A stretch of 64,000 bases of DNA. Origin: Omnitrophica WOR_2 bacterium GWF2_43_52 (lineage in GTDB: Bacteria; Omnitrophota; Gorgyraeia; Gygaellales; UBA12090). Numbering within the stretch: position 1 is the stretch's first letter; each line of letters starts with the position of its first letter. The notes beneath the pieces were generated by a model. It worked only from the letters and a program-made list of their open reading frames with translations, was not told the DNA's origin and searched no databases. Both the position numbers and the translations under genes were made by a program. Positions 1 to 8,641 of this stretch are shown here, piece after piece. The DNA lies in NCBI GenBank assembly GCA_001805445.1, contig MHGF01000003.1, positions 184,429 through 248,428 on the forward strand. Reading direction: 5' to 3'.

Positions 1-1
1 A

Positions 2-484
2 TATTATTGCAGGATTTTTTCAGAATTCTTTAACGTAGAAACTGTCTGCCTGCGTTATTTTAACGTCTTCGGCCCGCGCCAGGCGCTTGATGATGAATAC
101 GCCGTAGTTATCCCTAAATTCATCCACAGCATCCTCCATGACGAACAGCCGCCGATTTTCGGCACAGGCAAACAATCACGGGACTTTACCTATATCGATA
201 ATGTGGTCAACGCCAACATCTTATCCGCATTAACACCGGGAATCAAACACGAAGTCTTTAATGTGGCTAACGGAAAAGACAATACCGTCCTGGAATTAGT
301 GAGTTCACTCAACAAAATTATCGGCAAAAACATAGCCCCGAAGCTGCTACCGGTGCGGGCGGGAGATGTCTTTCGCACTCTTGCTGATATCAGTAAAATC
401 AAGAAACTGCTGAAATTTGAAATATTAGTCAATTTTGAGGAAGGATTAAAGCGGACAGTTGAATATTTCAAGGCGCAAAAGTAA
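2..484 (+). CDS. NAD-dependent sugar epimerase/dehydratase, C-terminal part (5' end truncated by the window edge)
   Basis: The frame is open from position 2. The translation reads ...ETVCLRYFNVFGPRQ...DFTYIDNVV..., which matches the conserved C-terminal half of SDR-type UDP-sugar 4-epimerases/dehydratases. Stop codon at 482-484. Confidence 0.65.
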   Translation, partial: YYCRIFSEFFNVETVCLRYFNVFGPRQALDDEYAVVIPKFIHSILHDEQPPIFGTGKQSRDFTYIDNVVNANILSALTPGIKHEVFNVANGKDNTVLELVSSLNKIIGKNIAPKLLPVRAGDVFRTLADISKIKKLLKFEILVNFEEGLKRTVEYFKAQK

Positions 485-505
485 CCCTGTCCGTACTATA
501 CGCGT

Positions 506-1180
506 ATGAGTAAATTCTTAGACCAAATAAAACAGGTAGAAGCAGAACGGGAAAGAAAGAGGCTAAAAAATAAACCTCCTCAACCGGCCCCTGTTACTCG
601 TGCGCCGCAAGAAAACAACGCCGCGCTTACACCTGATAGCCAAACACTCACACAAGAATCTCCTACAGTTATAGCAAAAAACGCGGCATCTACGAACAAC
701 GATACCGCGCGTCCTGAAAAAGAACAAAGCAATATCACCCCCGCGCTCACGAAGGCCCCGGCTCGACAGGCTGTAGGGTTTATGGTAGGACTTATCGGTT
801 TATCCCTCTGTCTGGCTGCTCTTGCGGCTGTTTTCTACCAAGAGCACGCTAAACTCATTACCACAGCCAAAGCCTATTCCATAGCCATAGAAAACCTTGA
901 AAAAGACATGAGCCGCGTTAAGACTACCCTTCTTGAGGATGAGGATAAAACAAGCGGCATAGAGCTAAAAGTACAGACACTCAACTCAGAAATAGATAAG
1001 CTCTCTCAAGTGGCTAACGGCATGGCTACCCAGATAAGCGCGTTAGAAAGCGCGAAAGACAATCAACAGACAACTATAGAAGCGCTTCTTAAAGAAAAAG
1101 ACGGTTTCATGAACAAAATCGCGGCTCTTCAAGCAGGACTGGAGAGCTTAAAAGAAACAAATAACAAGAAGGGTCAGTAG
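506..1180 (+). CDS. Hypothetical membrane-anchored coiled-coil protein
   Basis: Pro/Thr-rich N-terminus, one hydrophobic transmembrane segment (GFMVGLIGLSLCLAALAAVF), then a long heptad-like coiled-coil region. No enzymatic motif recognised. Confidence 0.4.
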   Translation: MSKFLDQIKQVEAERERKRLKNKPPQPAPVTRAPQENNAALTPDSQTLTQESPTVIAKNAASTNNDTARPEKEQSNITPALTKAPARQAVGFMVGLIGLSLCLAALAAVFYQEHAKLITTAKAYSIAIENLEKDMSRVKTTLLEDEDKTSGIELKVQTLNSEIDKLSQVANGMATQISALESAKDNQQTTIEALLKEKDGFMNKIAALQAGLESLKETNNKKGQ

Positions 1181-1244
1181 TAACTTATAGCAAAATGCTA
1201 TAAGGCTAATCGGGAGGGAGGGCAAAGAGAAAAGAGGTAACAAA

Positions 1245-1529
1245 ATGCTAAAATTTGTAATCTTAGTGTCGCTCTTATTATTGACCGCGGGCTGCGGCAG
1301 CGGCGGGAGTGGTTCAGGATTAGGCGCCTTGTTGAGCTTTATCTCATCAAGCCTCTCCGGAGGCTCGGGCAGTAGTAGTAGCAGTTCCTCATCAGGCGGC
1401 TCTTCAGGTTTTTTTTCTGACACAACAATTCACACCGTGCAGAACCCTGAACCCAGCAGCATGGCACTCTTAGCCACCGGCCTTGCCGGCTTTGCAATCG
1501 CGCAATTAAGAAAAAGAAAAAAAAGCTAG
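1245..1529 (+). CDS. Small Gly/Ser-rich PEP-CTERM protein with an N-terminal lipoprotein signal
   Basis: Lipobox LLTAGC after a hydrophobic N-terminus. The C-terminus is PEPSSMALLATGLAGFAIAQLRKRKKS, i.e. PEP motif + transmembrane helix + basic tail, the canonical PEP-CTERM sorting signal. The RBS gagg lies upstream. Confidence 0.55.
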   Translation: MLKFVILVSLLLLTAGCGSGGSGSGLGALLSFISSSLSGGSGSSSSSSSSGGSSGFFSDTTIHTVQNPEPSSMALLATGLAGFAIAQLRKRKKS

Positions 1530-1553
1530 AATTTCAATTCTCTGCAAAACAAA

Positions 1554-1578
1554 CCACCGCCTCCTGTAATGGAGGCGG
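1554..1578 (+). terminator. Stem-loop (CCGCCTCC-tgtaat-GGAGGCGG) downstream of the small PEP-CTERM gene
   Basis: An 8-bp GC-rich perfect inverted repeat sits 25 nt after the stop codon. The downstream U-tract is weak. Confidence 0.3.
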
Positions 1579-1616
1579 TGTGCTTACGAGGCTAAGCCTC
1601 GTAAGCAAGAACTTTC

Positions 1617-3050
1617 ATGACGACACTCAAAAAACAGACGATTTCAGGGGTAAAGTGGGTATTTCTTGCCAGTATCGCCCAGAAGCTGCTCTCACTTGGG
1701 GCAACGGTAATCCTGGCGCGCATCCTAAGCCCTGCGGACTTCGGCTTATTTGCCCTTGCCTTTGTGATGATTGACGGCTTCGGTATCTTTAAAAGCTTAG
1801 GCTTTGACTCTGCTTTGGTAAGAAGAAAGGATGATATTGACAAAGCGGCGAATACCGCCTTTTTTCTGATACCGACAATGGGCCTGAGCCTCTTCATCAT
1901 TCTTTTTTTTGTGGCACCTCTTGGCGCGAAATTCTTAGGCAACCCTTCGGTTACCAATGTCATCAGGGCGTTAGCGCTTATCTTTGTTATCGGCTGTTTC
2001 GGCAAAGTGCCCCAGACTATGCTCTATAGGAATATGAGCTTTAACTACAAAGCAATTGCCGAGGTCTCCGCCCAGCTTGTTTATGTACTAACCGCGGTTA
2101 TCCTGGCACTCAATAAACTCGGAGTCTGGAGCTTAGTCATTGCCTATGTCCTAAAGAACATAGTCCAGACAAGCATAGAATGGTATTTCTCCGGCTGGAA
2201 GCCGAAGCTTGAATTTGATAAAACAATAGCCTGGGACATGTTTCACTTTGGCAAGTTTGTGTTACTGAGCTCCATAATCGGCTTTCTTTACGGCAATATG
2301 GATAATATCGTCATTGCCAAATACTTAGGCATTACTATGCTTGGCTATTACGCTATTTCAATGAATATCTCTAATATCTTAAGCGATTACTTCTTTGCGA
2401 AAGTAGGGATGGTAATGTATCCGGCATACTCCAAGCTTCAGGATGATAGCGAAGACATAAAAAAAGTTATGCTCAAGGCCTTGCGCTACATAAGCACTGT
2501 TATACTGCCCTTTAGCTTCGGGCTCTTTGTTTTCGCCCCCGACATCCTGCGTGTGGTCTACGGGCAGAAATGGCTTCCGGCAACGAATGTCCTGCGGATA
2601 CTGGCGTTTGTAGGAATATTTCGCTCATTAGGCAGTGCCATTTGGCCGGTCTTTATGGCGCGGGGGAAATCAAAGGTTGATTTTCAGATAGGCTTAACGC
2701 AGGTAGTTATATTCTTTGTTTTGCTTATCCTGCTGGCGGGAAAATTCAAGCTTATAGGCGCGGGCATCGCGGCACTGCTTGCCGCGCTTATCGCGTTCGT
2801 CATCGGTTTACATAGAATGAAAAAAATCGCCAATATCCGGCCTCTGGATATATTTGAAGCCCTCAAGCCGGCTTTGGGGTGCTCTTTGCTTATGTTAGTA
2901 GGAGCATTCCTGATAAAATCGCTGATGGCATCTCAGCATGTCGCGTATGGCTTTCTCATATCCGCATCCAGCGCCGCGCTGATTTACGCCGGCGCGACCT
3001 ATGTTACCAACAGAAGCGTCTTAAAGGATATGAAAGAAGCATTTATATGA
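1617..3050 (+). CDS. Wzx-like polysaccharide/oligosaccharide flippase (MOP superfamily polysaccharide biosynthesis protein)
   Basis: 477 aa with about 12-14 hydrophobic helices. The N-terminal region is typical of Wzx/polysaccharide biosynthesis proteins (…LSLGATVILARILSPADFGLFALAF…). The genomic context is glycosyltransferase-rich. Confidence 0.65.
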   Translation: MTTLKKQTISGVKWVFLASIAQKLLSLGATVILARILSPADFGLFALAFVMIDGFGIFKSLGFDSALVRRKDDIDKAANTAFFLIPTMGLSLFIILFFVAPLGAKFLGNPSVTNVIRALALIFVIGCFGKVPQTMLYRNMSFNYKAIAEVSAQLVYVLTAVILALNKLGVWSLVIAYVLKNIVQTSIEWYFSGWKPKLEFDKTIAWDMFHFGKFVLLSSIIGFLYGNMDNIVIAKYLGITMLGYYAISMNISNILSDYFFAKVGMVMYPAYSKLQDDSEDIKKVMLKALRYISTVILPFSFGLFVFAPDILRVVYGQKWLPATNVLRILAFVGIFRSLGSAIWPVFMARGKSKVDFQIGLTQVVIFFVLLILLAGKFKLIGAGIAALLAALIAFVIGLHRMKKIANIRPLDIFEALKPALGCSLLMLVGAFLIKSLMASQHVAYGFLISASSAALIYAGATYVTNRSVLKDMKEAFI

Positions 3051-3189
3051 GTAACTTGAATTATTTAGGAGAAAGGATATTGCGGATTTTGCGCGTATTA
3101 CTTAGTAGCAGGCTCTACTTTAGTCAACCGCTATATATTCAGCGAGAGATTGAGGATGATTGCGCTTGTTTTAAAATGCTATTTAACGA

Positions 3190-3462
3190 TTATCTGTAAA
3201 CATCACGGCGGTGGCCTGCGCGAATTATAAGGATTATATTTCGCGCAGGATACACTTCGTAGATAATACGATAATCGCCTTCGCGCAAGGAATAGCAGCC
3301 TTTTTTACTGCCTGAGAGAGGTTTGCCTTCAAAAGGATTTGATATGAGAGAATCTATGGCGTGCGATAAACGGGAAAACAAAGAATCATTATTCCTGCAA
3401 AGTTTCTTAAACTCACTGGCCGCTTTTGTGTCAAATTCAACAGTGAATTTTCTTGAGTCCAT
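3190..3462 (-). CDS. RelE/ParE-family type II toxin
   Basis: A 90-aa protein ending …GDYRIIYEVYPARNIILIIRAGHRRDVYR, which is a RelE/ParE fold signature. It overlaps the upstream small ORF by 26 nt. Confidence 0.55.
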   Translation of the reverse strand: MDSRKFTVEFDTKAASEFKKLCRNNDSLFSRLSHAIDSLISNPFEGKPLSGSKKGCYSLREGDYRIIYEVYPARNIILIIRAGHRRDVYR

Positions 3463-3658
3463 CTTTAAGAGATTTCCAGCTTATGATTATGCCCTTTTTA
3501 AATCGTTGCCTTGCCTCGGCAATTTCCCGGTCAAGCTTTGGGGTAGGGGTAAAGCCAGCTTCCTTGAGCAGGAGTTCGTACTCTTTGGCAGGAATCATCA
3601 CCATTGGTTGAGTAATGGTAATAGCGTTATGTATGGAATGGTATTGCATATTTATCAC
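3437..3658 (-). CDS. Putative antitoxin partner of the RelE/ParE toxin
   Basis: A 73-aa ORF immediately upstream of the toxin, overlapping it on the same strand. This is the typical antitoxin-toxin arrangement. Confidence 0.4.
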   Translation of the reverse strand: MINMQYHSIHNAITITQPMVMIPAKEYELLLKEAGFTPTPKLDREIAEARQRFKKGIIISWKSLKDGLKKIHC

Positions 3659-3711
3659 CTCTAAATGAAAGTATATACGATAAGCACAATAAAGTCAAGG
3701 ATAACAACTAT

Positions 3712-3803
3712 TTCCCTCACGGGAATTCCCAAATCCCCTCTCCCTAACGGGGAGAGGGCAGCCTGCCTGCGGCAGGCAGGGGGTGAGGGGGAAGAAAGCT
3801 TTT
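3712..3803. repeat. Structured intergenic repeat element: nested hairpins CCCTCTCCC-taac-GGGGAGAGGG and CCTGCCTGC-ggc-GCAGGCAGG inside an outer CCCTCAC…GTGAGGG stem
   Basis: The inverted repeats are directly visible. Related hairpin units recur at about 11918-11947, 12051-12132, 41224-41246, 41634-41654 and 43442-43504. Confidence 0.5.
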
Positions 3804-3819
3804 CAAGGATAAAAATATA

Positions 3820-5040
3820 ATGCATCTTAAAAAAGTAGAGTTGATAAATTCTCCATTCTCTCCTGATTATACCCGTTTAGTAGGAGAGGTAAGCTACGAT
3901 AACCGCGCTTACAATTCAGAGACGTATTGGTTTGACATACCAAAAGGCTATGCGCACAGTAGCAGTACAACAGGAAATCCTTGGCTGACATGTCTATTAC
4001 CGCTGGCGCTCACACTGGGTGAGCCTTTGAGAATTGACCTGCCTGTAGACAAGGTTCTTTTTAAAAACATTACAAAACTGATACAAATATGGAAGTCTTG
4101 GTATCCACAGTTGCAGGCAGAGCCTCTTGAGGTAAATCTAAGCGATACTCAAACTAATTCAGTTGCTAAAACTGCCGCGTTCTTTTCCGGAGGGGTTGAC
4201 GCCTTTTTTACTTTATTAAAAAATAATCCCTCTACTAATCCAGAGGCTCAAACTACTATTGACCATCTTTTAATAGTATGGGGCTTTGACATACCGCTTT
4301 CTAATCCTGCGGCTTTCCTCAGAATGAAAGACAGGCTAAATTCAGCAGCGCTTAAGCTGAATAAGAAGCTTATTGATATCCACACCAATATCAAGACAAC
4401 CCAGTGGAACCGCGCGGATTGGGGGAAACTTTCACACGGCTCGGCGCTGGCAAGCGTCGCGCTCGTGCTTGAAAAAGCCTACAGCAAAGTGTTAATCGCT
4501 TCAACCGGAGGATATTATGATTTGTCACCATGGGGCTCCCACGTGGTAACCGACCCCTTATTGTCAACAAGCGCTTTGCAGATTATCCATGACGGAGCCG
4601 AATTTAACAGAATCCAAAAGACTCAATTTATTTCCAATTTTGAGATAGCTCAAGAAGCGCTCCATGTTTGTTATAAGCATGGCTCGGACGAAAACTGCAG
4701 TGCCTGCACGAAATGTTACCGGACAATGATTATGCTGGATCTATGTAATTCCTTAAAAGCCTTCAAAACCTTCAATCTTAAAAAATACAAAACAAACAAA
4801 ATCGGCAGGATTTTATTATCCCAGCCATCTGACCATTTCTATATGGAACAGATAAAAACCTTAGCAAGAGAAAAGAAACGCCACGATATTTTAAAAGGGC
4901 TTAAGAAAAGTGCAGACTACTCAAAGAGAAGAAACAGGCTTCTAAAATTAGTATCCTGGCAGAACAAGCAGAGGTTTATTTGGAGATTATCAGAACCGTT
5001 TAAGAAAATAATCCTTCTTGGCGCAATACACACACAATGA
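3820..5040 (+). CDS. Hypothetical protein, possibly a PP-loop-like (SGGxD) ATP-pyrophosphatase-fold enzyme with a C-terminal Cys cluster
   Basis: FFSGGVDAFF resembles the PP-loop SGGxDS (the last Ser is replaced by Ala). CSACTKCYRTM forms a CxxCxxC cluster later in the protein. The position within a sugar-modification locus is suggestive, but the assignment is weak. Confidence 0.25.
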   Translation: MHLKKVELINSPFSPDYTRLVGEVSYDNRAYNSETYWFDIPKGYAHSSSTTGNPWLTCLLPLALTLGEPLRIDLPVDKVLFKNITKLIQIWKSWYPQLQAEPLEVNLSDTQTNSVAKTAAFFSGGVDAFFTLLKNNPSTNPEAQTTIDHLLIVWGFDIPLSNPAAFLRMKDRLNSAALKLNKKLIDIHTNIKTTQWNRADWGKLSHGSALASVALVLEKAYSKVLIASTGGYYDLSPWGSHVVTDPLLSTSALQIIHDGAEFNRIQKTQFISNFEIAQEALHVCYKHGSDENCSACTKCYRTMIMLDLCNSLKAFKTFNLKKYKTNKIGRILLSQPSDHFYMEQIKTLAREKKRHDILKGLKKSADYSKRRNRLLKLVSWQNKQRFIWRLSEPFKKIILLGAIHTQ

Positions 5041-5131
5041 ATACGAGAAACGAAGGAAGGAGCACCATTTTTTCAAACAGTAGCGTATTAAGATAAATGA
5101 TAGAGACGCGTATATAAAAGGTAACCTGGGC

Positions 5132-6133
5132 ATGGAAAATACAGAATGCAGAATTTGTCATAATACTGCGGGGAACCAATCGCATGAAGTGAAAGAGATG
5201 CTATTTGGTTTCAGGGATAAATTTGACTACTTTCAGTGCGCAAGCTGCGGCTGTTTACAGATATCAAAAATACCTCCCAACATGTCAAAATATTATCGAA
5301 GCGACTACTATAGCTATACCTTTAAGATAAATGAATTAAAGAAGAGCAAAAACACAGTATTGCAATTCTTAAAAGGGGCCAGAAATGATTATGCGATATT
5401 CAATAGGGGCCTGTTAGGCAAGTTCCTTTATGCTCTATCTCCTGTGGATTGGGTTAAAGAGCGCCTATCAAAACACTTTCCGGGGATGCCAACGGAAATC
5501 CTCTTTACAAAAAAATCGGGCATATTAGACGTAGGATGCGGTAATGGCAAATTGCTCTATTTTTTTAAAGAACTTGGATTTGAAGACGTGCTTGGAATAG
5601 ACCCTTATGGAAAAGACATACTTTATCCGAATGGATTAAAGGTCAAAAAAACATTTCTTCACAATATTGACAGGCACTTTGATTTGATTATGTTTCACCA
5701 TTCTTTCGAACATATCGTAGACCCAGTAAAAACCCTACAGCATGTTTCACGGCTGTTGGCAAAAAATGGCAAATGTGTTATTCGTATCCCCACAGTAGAT
5801 TCTCACGCATGGCGCCACTATAAACATAATTGGGTATCGTTAGATGCTCCACGCCACTTTCATGTTTTTTCAAAAAAAAGCATACATTTACTAGCGCATA
5901 TGGCTGGGCTTGAGCTTATAAAAATTGTTTACGATTCAGACGAATTCCAGTTTTTTGGATCTGAGCAATACAAGAGAGATATTCCCTTAACGGCTGAGCA
6001 ATCTTATGTTGTTAACAAAGATAAGAGCATTTTTTCAGAGAAAGAAATCCTGATGTTTAGAAAAGAGGCTCTGCGTTTAAATGCTGAGAATCAAGGTGAC
6101 TGCGCCGCATTTTACTTGCAAAAACAAGATTAG
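5132..6133 (+). CDS. Class I SAM-dependent methyltransferase with an N-terminal zinc-ribbon (CxxC…CxxC)
   Basis: CRICHN…CASCGC forms a zinc ribbon. It is followed by SAM motif I, ILDVGCGNGKLL, and an acidic motif II. The architecture matches sugar O-/C-methyltransferases found in glycan loci. Confidence 0.6.
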   Translation: MENTECRICHNTAGNQSHEVKEMLFGFRDKFDYFQCASCGCLQISKIPPNMSKYYRSDYYSYTFKINELKKSKNTVLQFLKGARNDYAIFNRGLLGKFLYALSPVDWVKERLSKHFPGMPTEILFTKKSGILDVGCGNGKLLYFFKELGFEDVLGIDPYGKDILYPNGLKVKKTFLHNIDRHFDLIMFHHSFEHIVDPVKTLQHVSRLLAKNGKCVIRIPTVDSHAWRHYKHNWVSLDAPRHFHVFSKKSIHLLAHMAGLELIKIVYDSDEFQFFGSEQYKRDIPLTAEQSYVVNKDKSIFSEKEILMFRKEALRLNAENQGDCAAFYLQKQD

Positions 6134-6252
6134 CCTGATTATAAGACAACACAATTAACCGATTATAAACATTGCAAAGAAATTGTTAAGCCAGGAAAAG
6201 TGAAAGATTTAACCCTCGTCGCATCATTAAATCTGTTAGGGATTGCTCAAAA

Positions 6253-7224
6253 ATGAATACCGAACACAAAGTGTATATAGCGATGCCGACATATAATGGA
6301 GAAAACTTTCTTGCCCAGGCTATCACAAGCGTTTTAGAGCAAACATTTACAGATTGGGAACTTCATATCGTAGACGACTGCTCAAAAGACAAGACTGAAG
6401 AAATTGCACTCTCTTTTAAGCATAAAGAAATATTTTTTCATAAAAATAGCAAAAATTTAGGATTGGTGAGGAATTTCAATAAGAGCCTTGCCTACTGCCG
6501 AAGTGAATATATTTCTTTCTTCCATCAAGACGATATAATGAAACCGGAAAATTTAGAGAAGAAAATTGCAGTACTGAAAAAAAATCCCAACGTAGGATTC
6601 GTGCACTCCAATATTGAATTAATTGATGAAGGAAGTAATCCGTTAGGTATACCCTGGTTTAAGAACAAAAGTTATGACACCATAGAAAAGGGCAGGGAAG
6701 TATTCAATAGCTTATGGCAACAGGGAAACCGTATTATTCTCCCCTCAGTTTTAATTCGAAGCTTGTGTATAAAAGAATGGGGGGGGTTTGATGAACGACT
6801 GCCATACACCTGTGATTATGAGCTCTTCATGAGGATGGCTTACCACTACGACGTTGCTTATCTTCACGAACGACTGATAGAAAGGAGATTGCATAGAAAT
6901 CAAGAAACAAAAAAATATTGTGCTTCTTTAAAAGGTTATCAGCATGATAGGTTAGCACGAACTATAGCTATCGAAAAAAGTAAAATAGAACTACCCCACA
7001 ATGAACTTCGCAAGTTTGAAAAACGTTTCATCGTGTATTATACGCGGTACAGCTACTACGATAACAATATGGCTGAGTGTAAGAAGTTTCTTTTATTCTC
7101 AATAAAGAATCATCCTTCGCTTTACTTAAATATAAGCTTTTTAATCTTATTCTTCAAAATTATTTCGGGCCGCAAAGGGAAATATTTAGCAGGGAAAGTA
7201 AAAAATTTATTATACAAAAGGTGA
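6253..7224 (+). CDS. Family 2 glycosyltransferase (GT-A fold)
   Basis: The N-terminus reads YIAMPTYNGENFLAQAITSVLEQTFTDWELHIVDDCSKDKT, and a DxD-like motif, HQDD, follows. Confidence 0.7.
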   Translation: MNTEHKVYIAMPTYNGENFLAQAITSVLEQTFTDWELHIVDDCSKDKTEEIALSFKHKEIFFHKNSKNLGLVRNFNKSLAYCRSEYISFFHQDDIMKPENLEKKIAVLKKNPNVGFVHSNIELIDEGSNPLGIPWFKNKSYDTIEKGREVFNSLWQQGNRIILPSVLIRSLCIKEWGGFDERLPYTCDYELFMRMAYHYDVAYLHERLIERRLHRNQETKKYCASLKGYQHDRLARTIAIEKSKIELPHNELRKFEKRFIVYYTRYSYYDNNMAECKKFLLFSIKNHPSLYLNISFLILFFKIISGRKGKYLAGKVKNLLYKR

Positions 7225-7254
7225 ATTTCAACTGGACATTTTAATTTAATTATC

Positions 7255-8616
7255 ATGTGTAAAAACAACAGGCAAACGTTATTAAACGCGCTTGGGTTAA
7301 GCTGCTATCAGTTATTCTCTCAAAAAAAAGAGGAAAGGATAAAGGAAAGACTATTTAAACTATCTATCCATCTGCTGGCTTTATGGCTGCATTGTAAGAG
7401 ATTTCTTTCTAAAGATAAAAAAACTTGCCATAAAATCGGGCTACTTACTCCCGAATTCTTCCATAGCGATTGCGGCGGATTTGGAGGGTATGGAGCAAAC
7501 CTAAGGAAAATAACTGATTATGTCAATGGTAATGGAGGCACAATTTCCGCGGATATCCTTCTTACGCGCGCGCATGGGAGCATACCTCATTCTATTAAGA
7601 AATATCATAACGCGTTTGTCTTATTTCGGCCAAACCATCATAAAAGTTACCTGATAAATTTCTTGCGCTATTCCAGAATGGCACGAGGCAGAGGGCTTAA
7701 TCTTCTTATAAGTATAGACTGGTACAAAGATTATGAATATTCTGCCTATGCTTTGCCTATGACCCCTCTTTTGATATGGATACGGGATCCCCGAAGCCTT
7801 AAAGAATGGCAGGCTATCGCTACTGTCCCGCAAGAAATGCAGGCCAGCGGGCACCATACAATACAAAATATAGAAAATATCGTTAATCGTAAACGGGATT
7901 CAATCAACAGGATTGTAAAATTCAGCCGGCAAACAGGCAGAAAGATAGTATTTGCCACTCAAGCAAAATATTTGATAGCACGGGCCAGAGAAGCCTATGG
8001 ATTAGATGTAGGAAACCCTATTTTGCTTCCTAAACCCTTAAACATGCCGAATACTGAAGAAATTACGTATTCTAAAAAACCTTCTCTAGGGTTTTTGGGA
8101 AGACTGGAACCTATCAAAAGGCCATGGATATTCTTTGAACTTGCCAAGAGGTTTCCTCATGTTGATTTTTTGGTCGCGGGTAAAAGCCATTTCCCGGAGA
8201 TTATGGACCCTATAATTAAACGCTATTCCCATCTTCCAAATCTAAAGTTCCTGGGGATGCTCGCGGAAGAGCAAAAAGATGAATTCTTAAGGAATATATG
8301 GGGGCTCCTCCTGCCCAGCATACATGAGGCTATGCCTAATGTATTTGAAGAAGCATTTTCTTATTGCAAACCGGTAGTAAGCTGTCAGAACCCTGATAAC
8401 GTTGTCGCTGAATTCGGGTTTTACACCGGAGAAATTCTGGGGCAAGGACTGGACAATAACTCCTTGGATGCTTTTTCAAAAGCTGTAGAAGAACTTTTAA
8501 CTAATCACGCGTTAAGAAAGGAAAAAGGAATAAGAGCAAGAAAACATGTAGCGGCTGTTAATTCCTTTTCTTATTTTGAGAATACCATAAGTAAGTTCTT
8601 GGCTGACTGTAACTAA
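7255..8616 (+). CDS. GT-B fold glycosyltransferase (GT1/GT4-like C-terminal domain)
   Basis: The C-terminal half (…LGFLGRLEPIKRPW…FLVAGKS…EAMPNVFEEAFSYCKPVV…) resembles the donor-binding domain of GT4 enzymes. The start codon position is uncertain. Confidence 0.5.
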   Translation: MCKNNRQTLLNALGLSCYQLFSQKKEERIKERLFKLSIHLLALWLHCKRFLSKDKKTCHKIGLLTPEFFHSDCGGFGGYGANLRKITDYVNGNGGTISADILLTRAHGSIPHSIKKYHNAFVLFRPNHHKSYLINFLRYSRMARGRGLNLLISIDWYKDYEYSAYALPMTPLLIWIRDPRSLKEWQAIATVPQEMQASGHHTIQNIENIVNRKRDSINRIVKFSRQTGRKIVFATQAKYLIARAREAYGLDVGNPILLPKPLNMPNTEEITYSKKPSLGFLGRLEPIKRPWIFFELAKRFPHVDFLVAGKSHFPEIMDPIIKRYSHLPNLKFLGMLAEEQKDEFLRNIWGLLLPSIHEAMPNVFEEAFSYCKPVVSCQNPDNVVAEFGFYTGEILGQGLDNNSLDAFSKAVEELLTNHALRKEKGIRARKHVAAVNSFSYFENTISKFLADCN

Positions 8617-8641
8617 CTGATATCAACCGCGCTTAACTATT

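Noticed and set aside
190-471. 93-aa minus-strand ORF at the window start
   Set aside because: It is antisense to the epimerase C-terminus, which has clear family motifs. It has no RBS and no recognisable domain.
1580-2005. ORFs 1580-1774 (+) and 1592-2005 (-) overlapping the flippase start
   Set aside because: Both overlap the strongly supported Wzx-like gene. The plus-strand one starts inside the REP B palindrome. No motif support.
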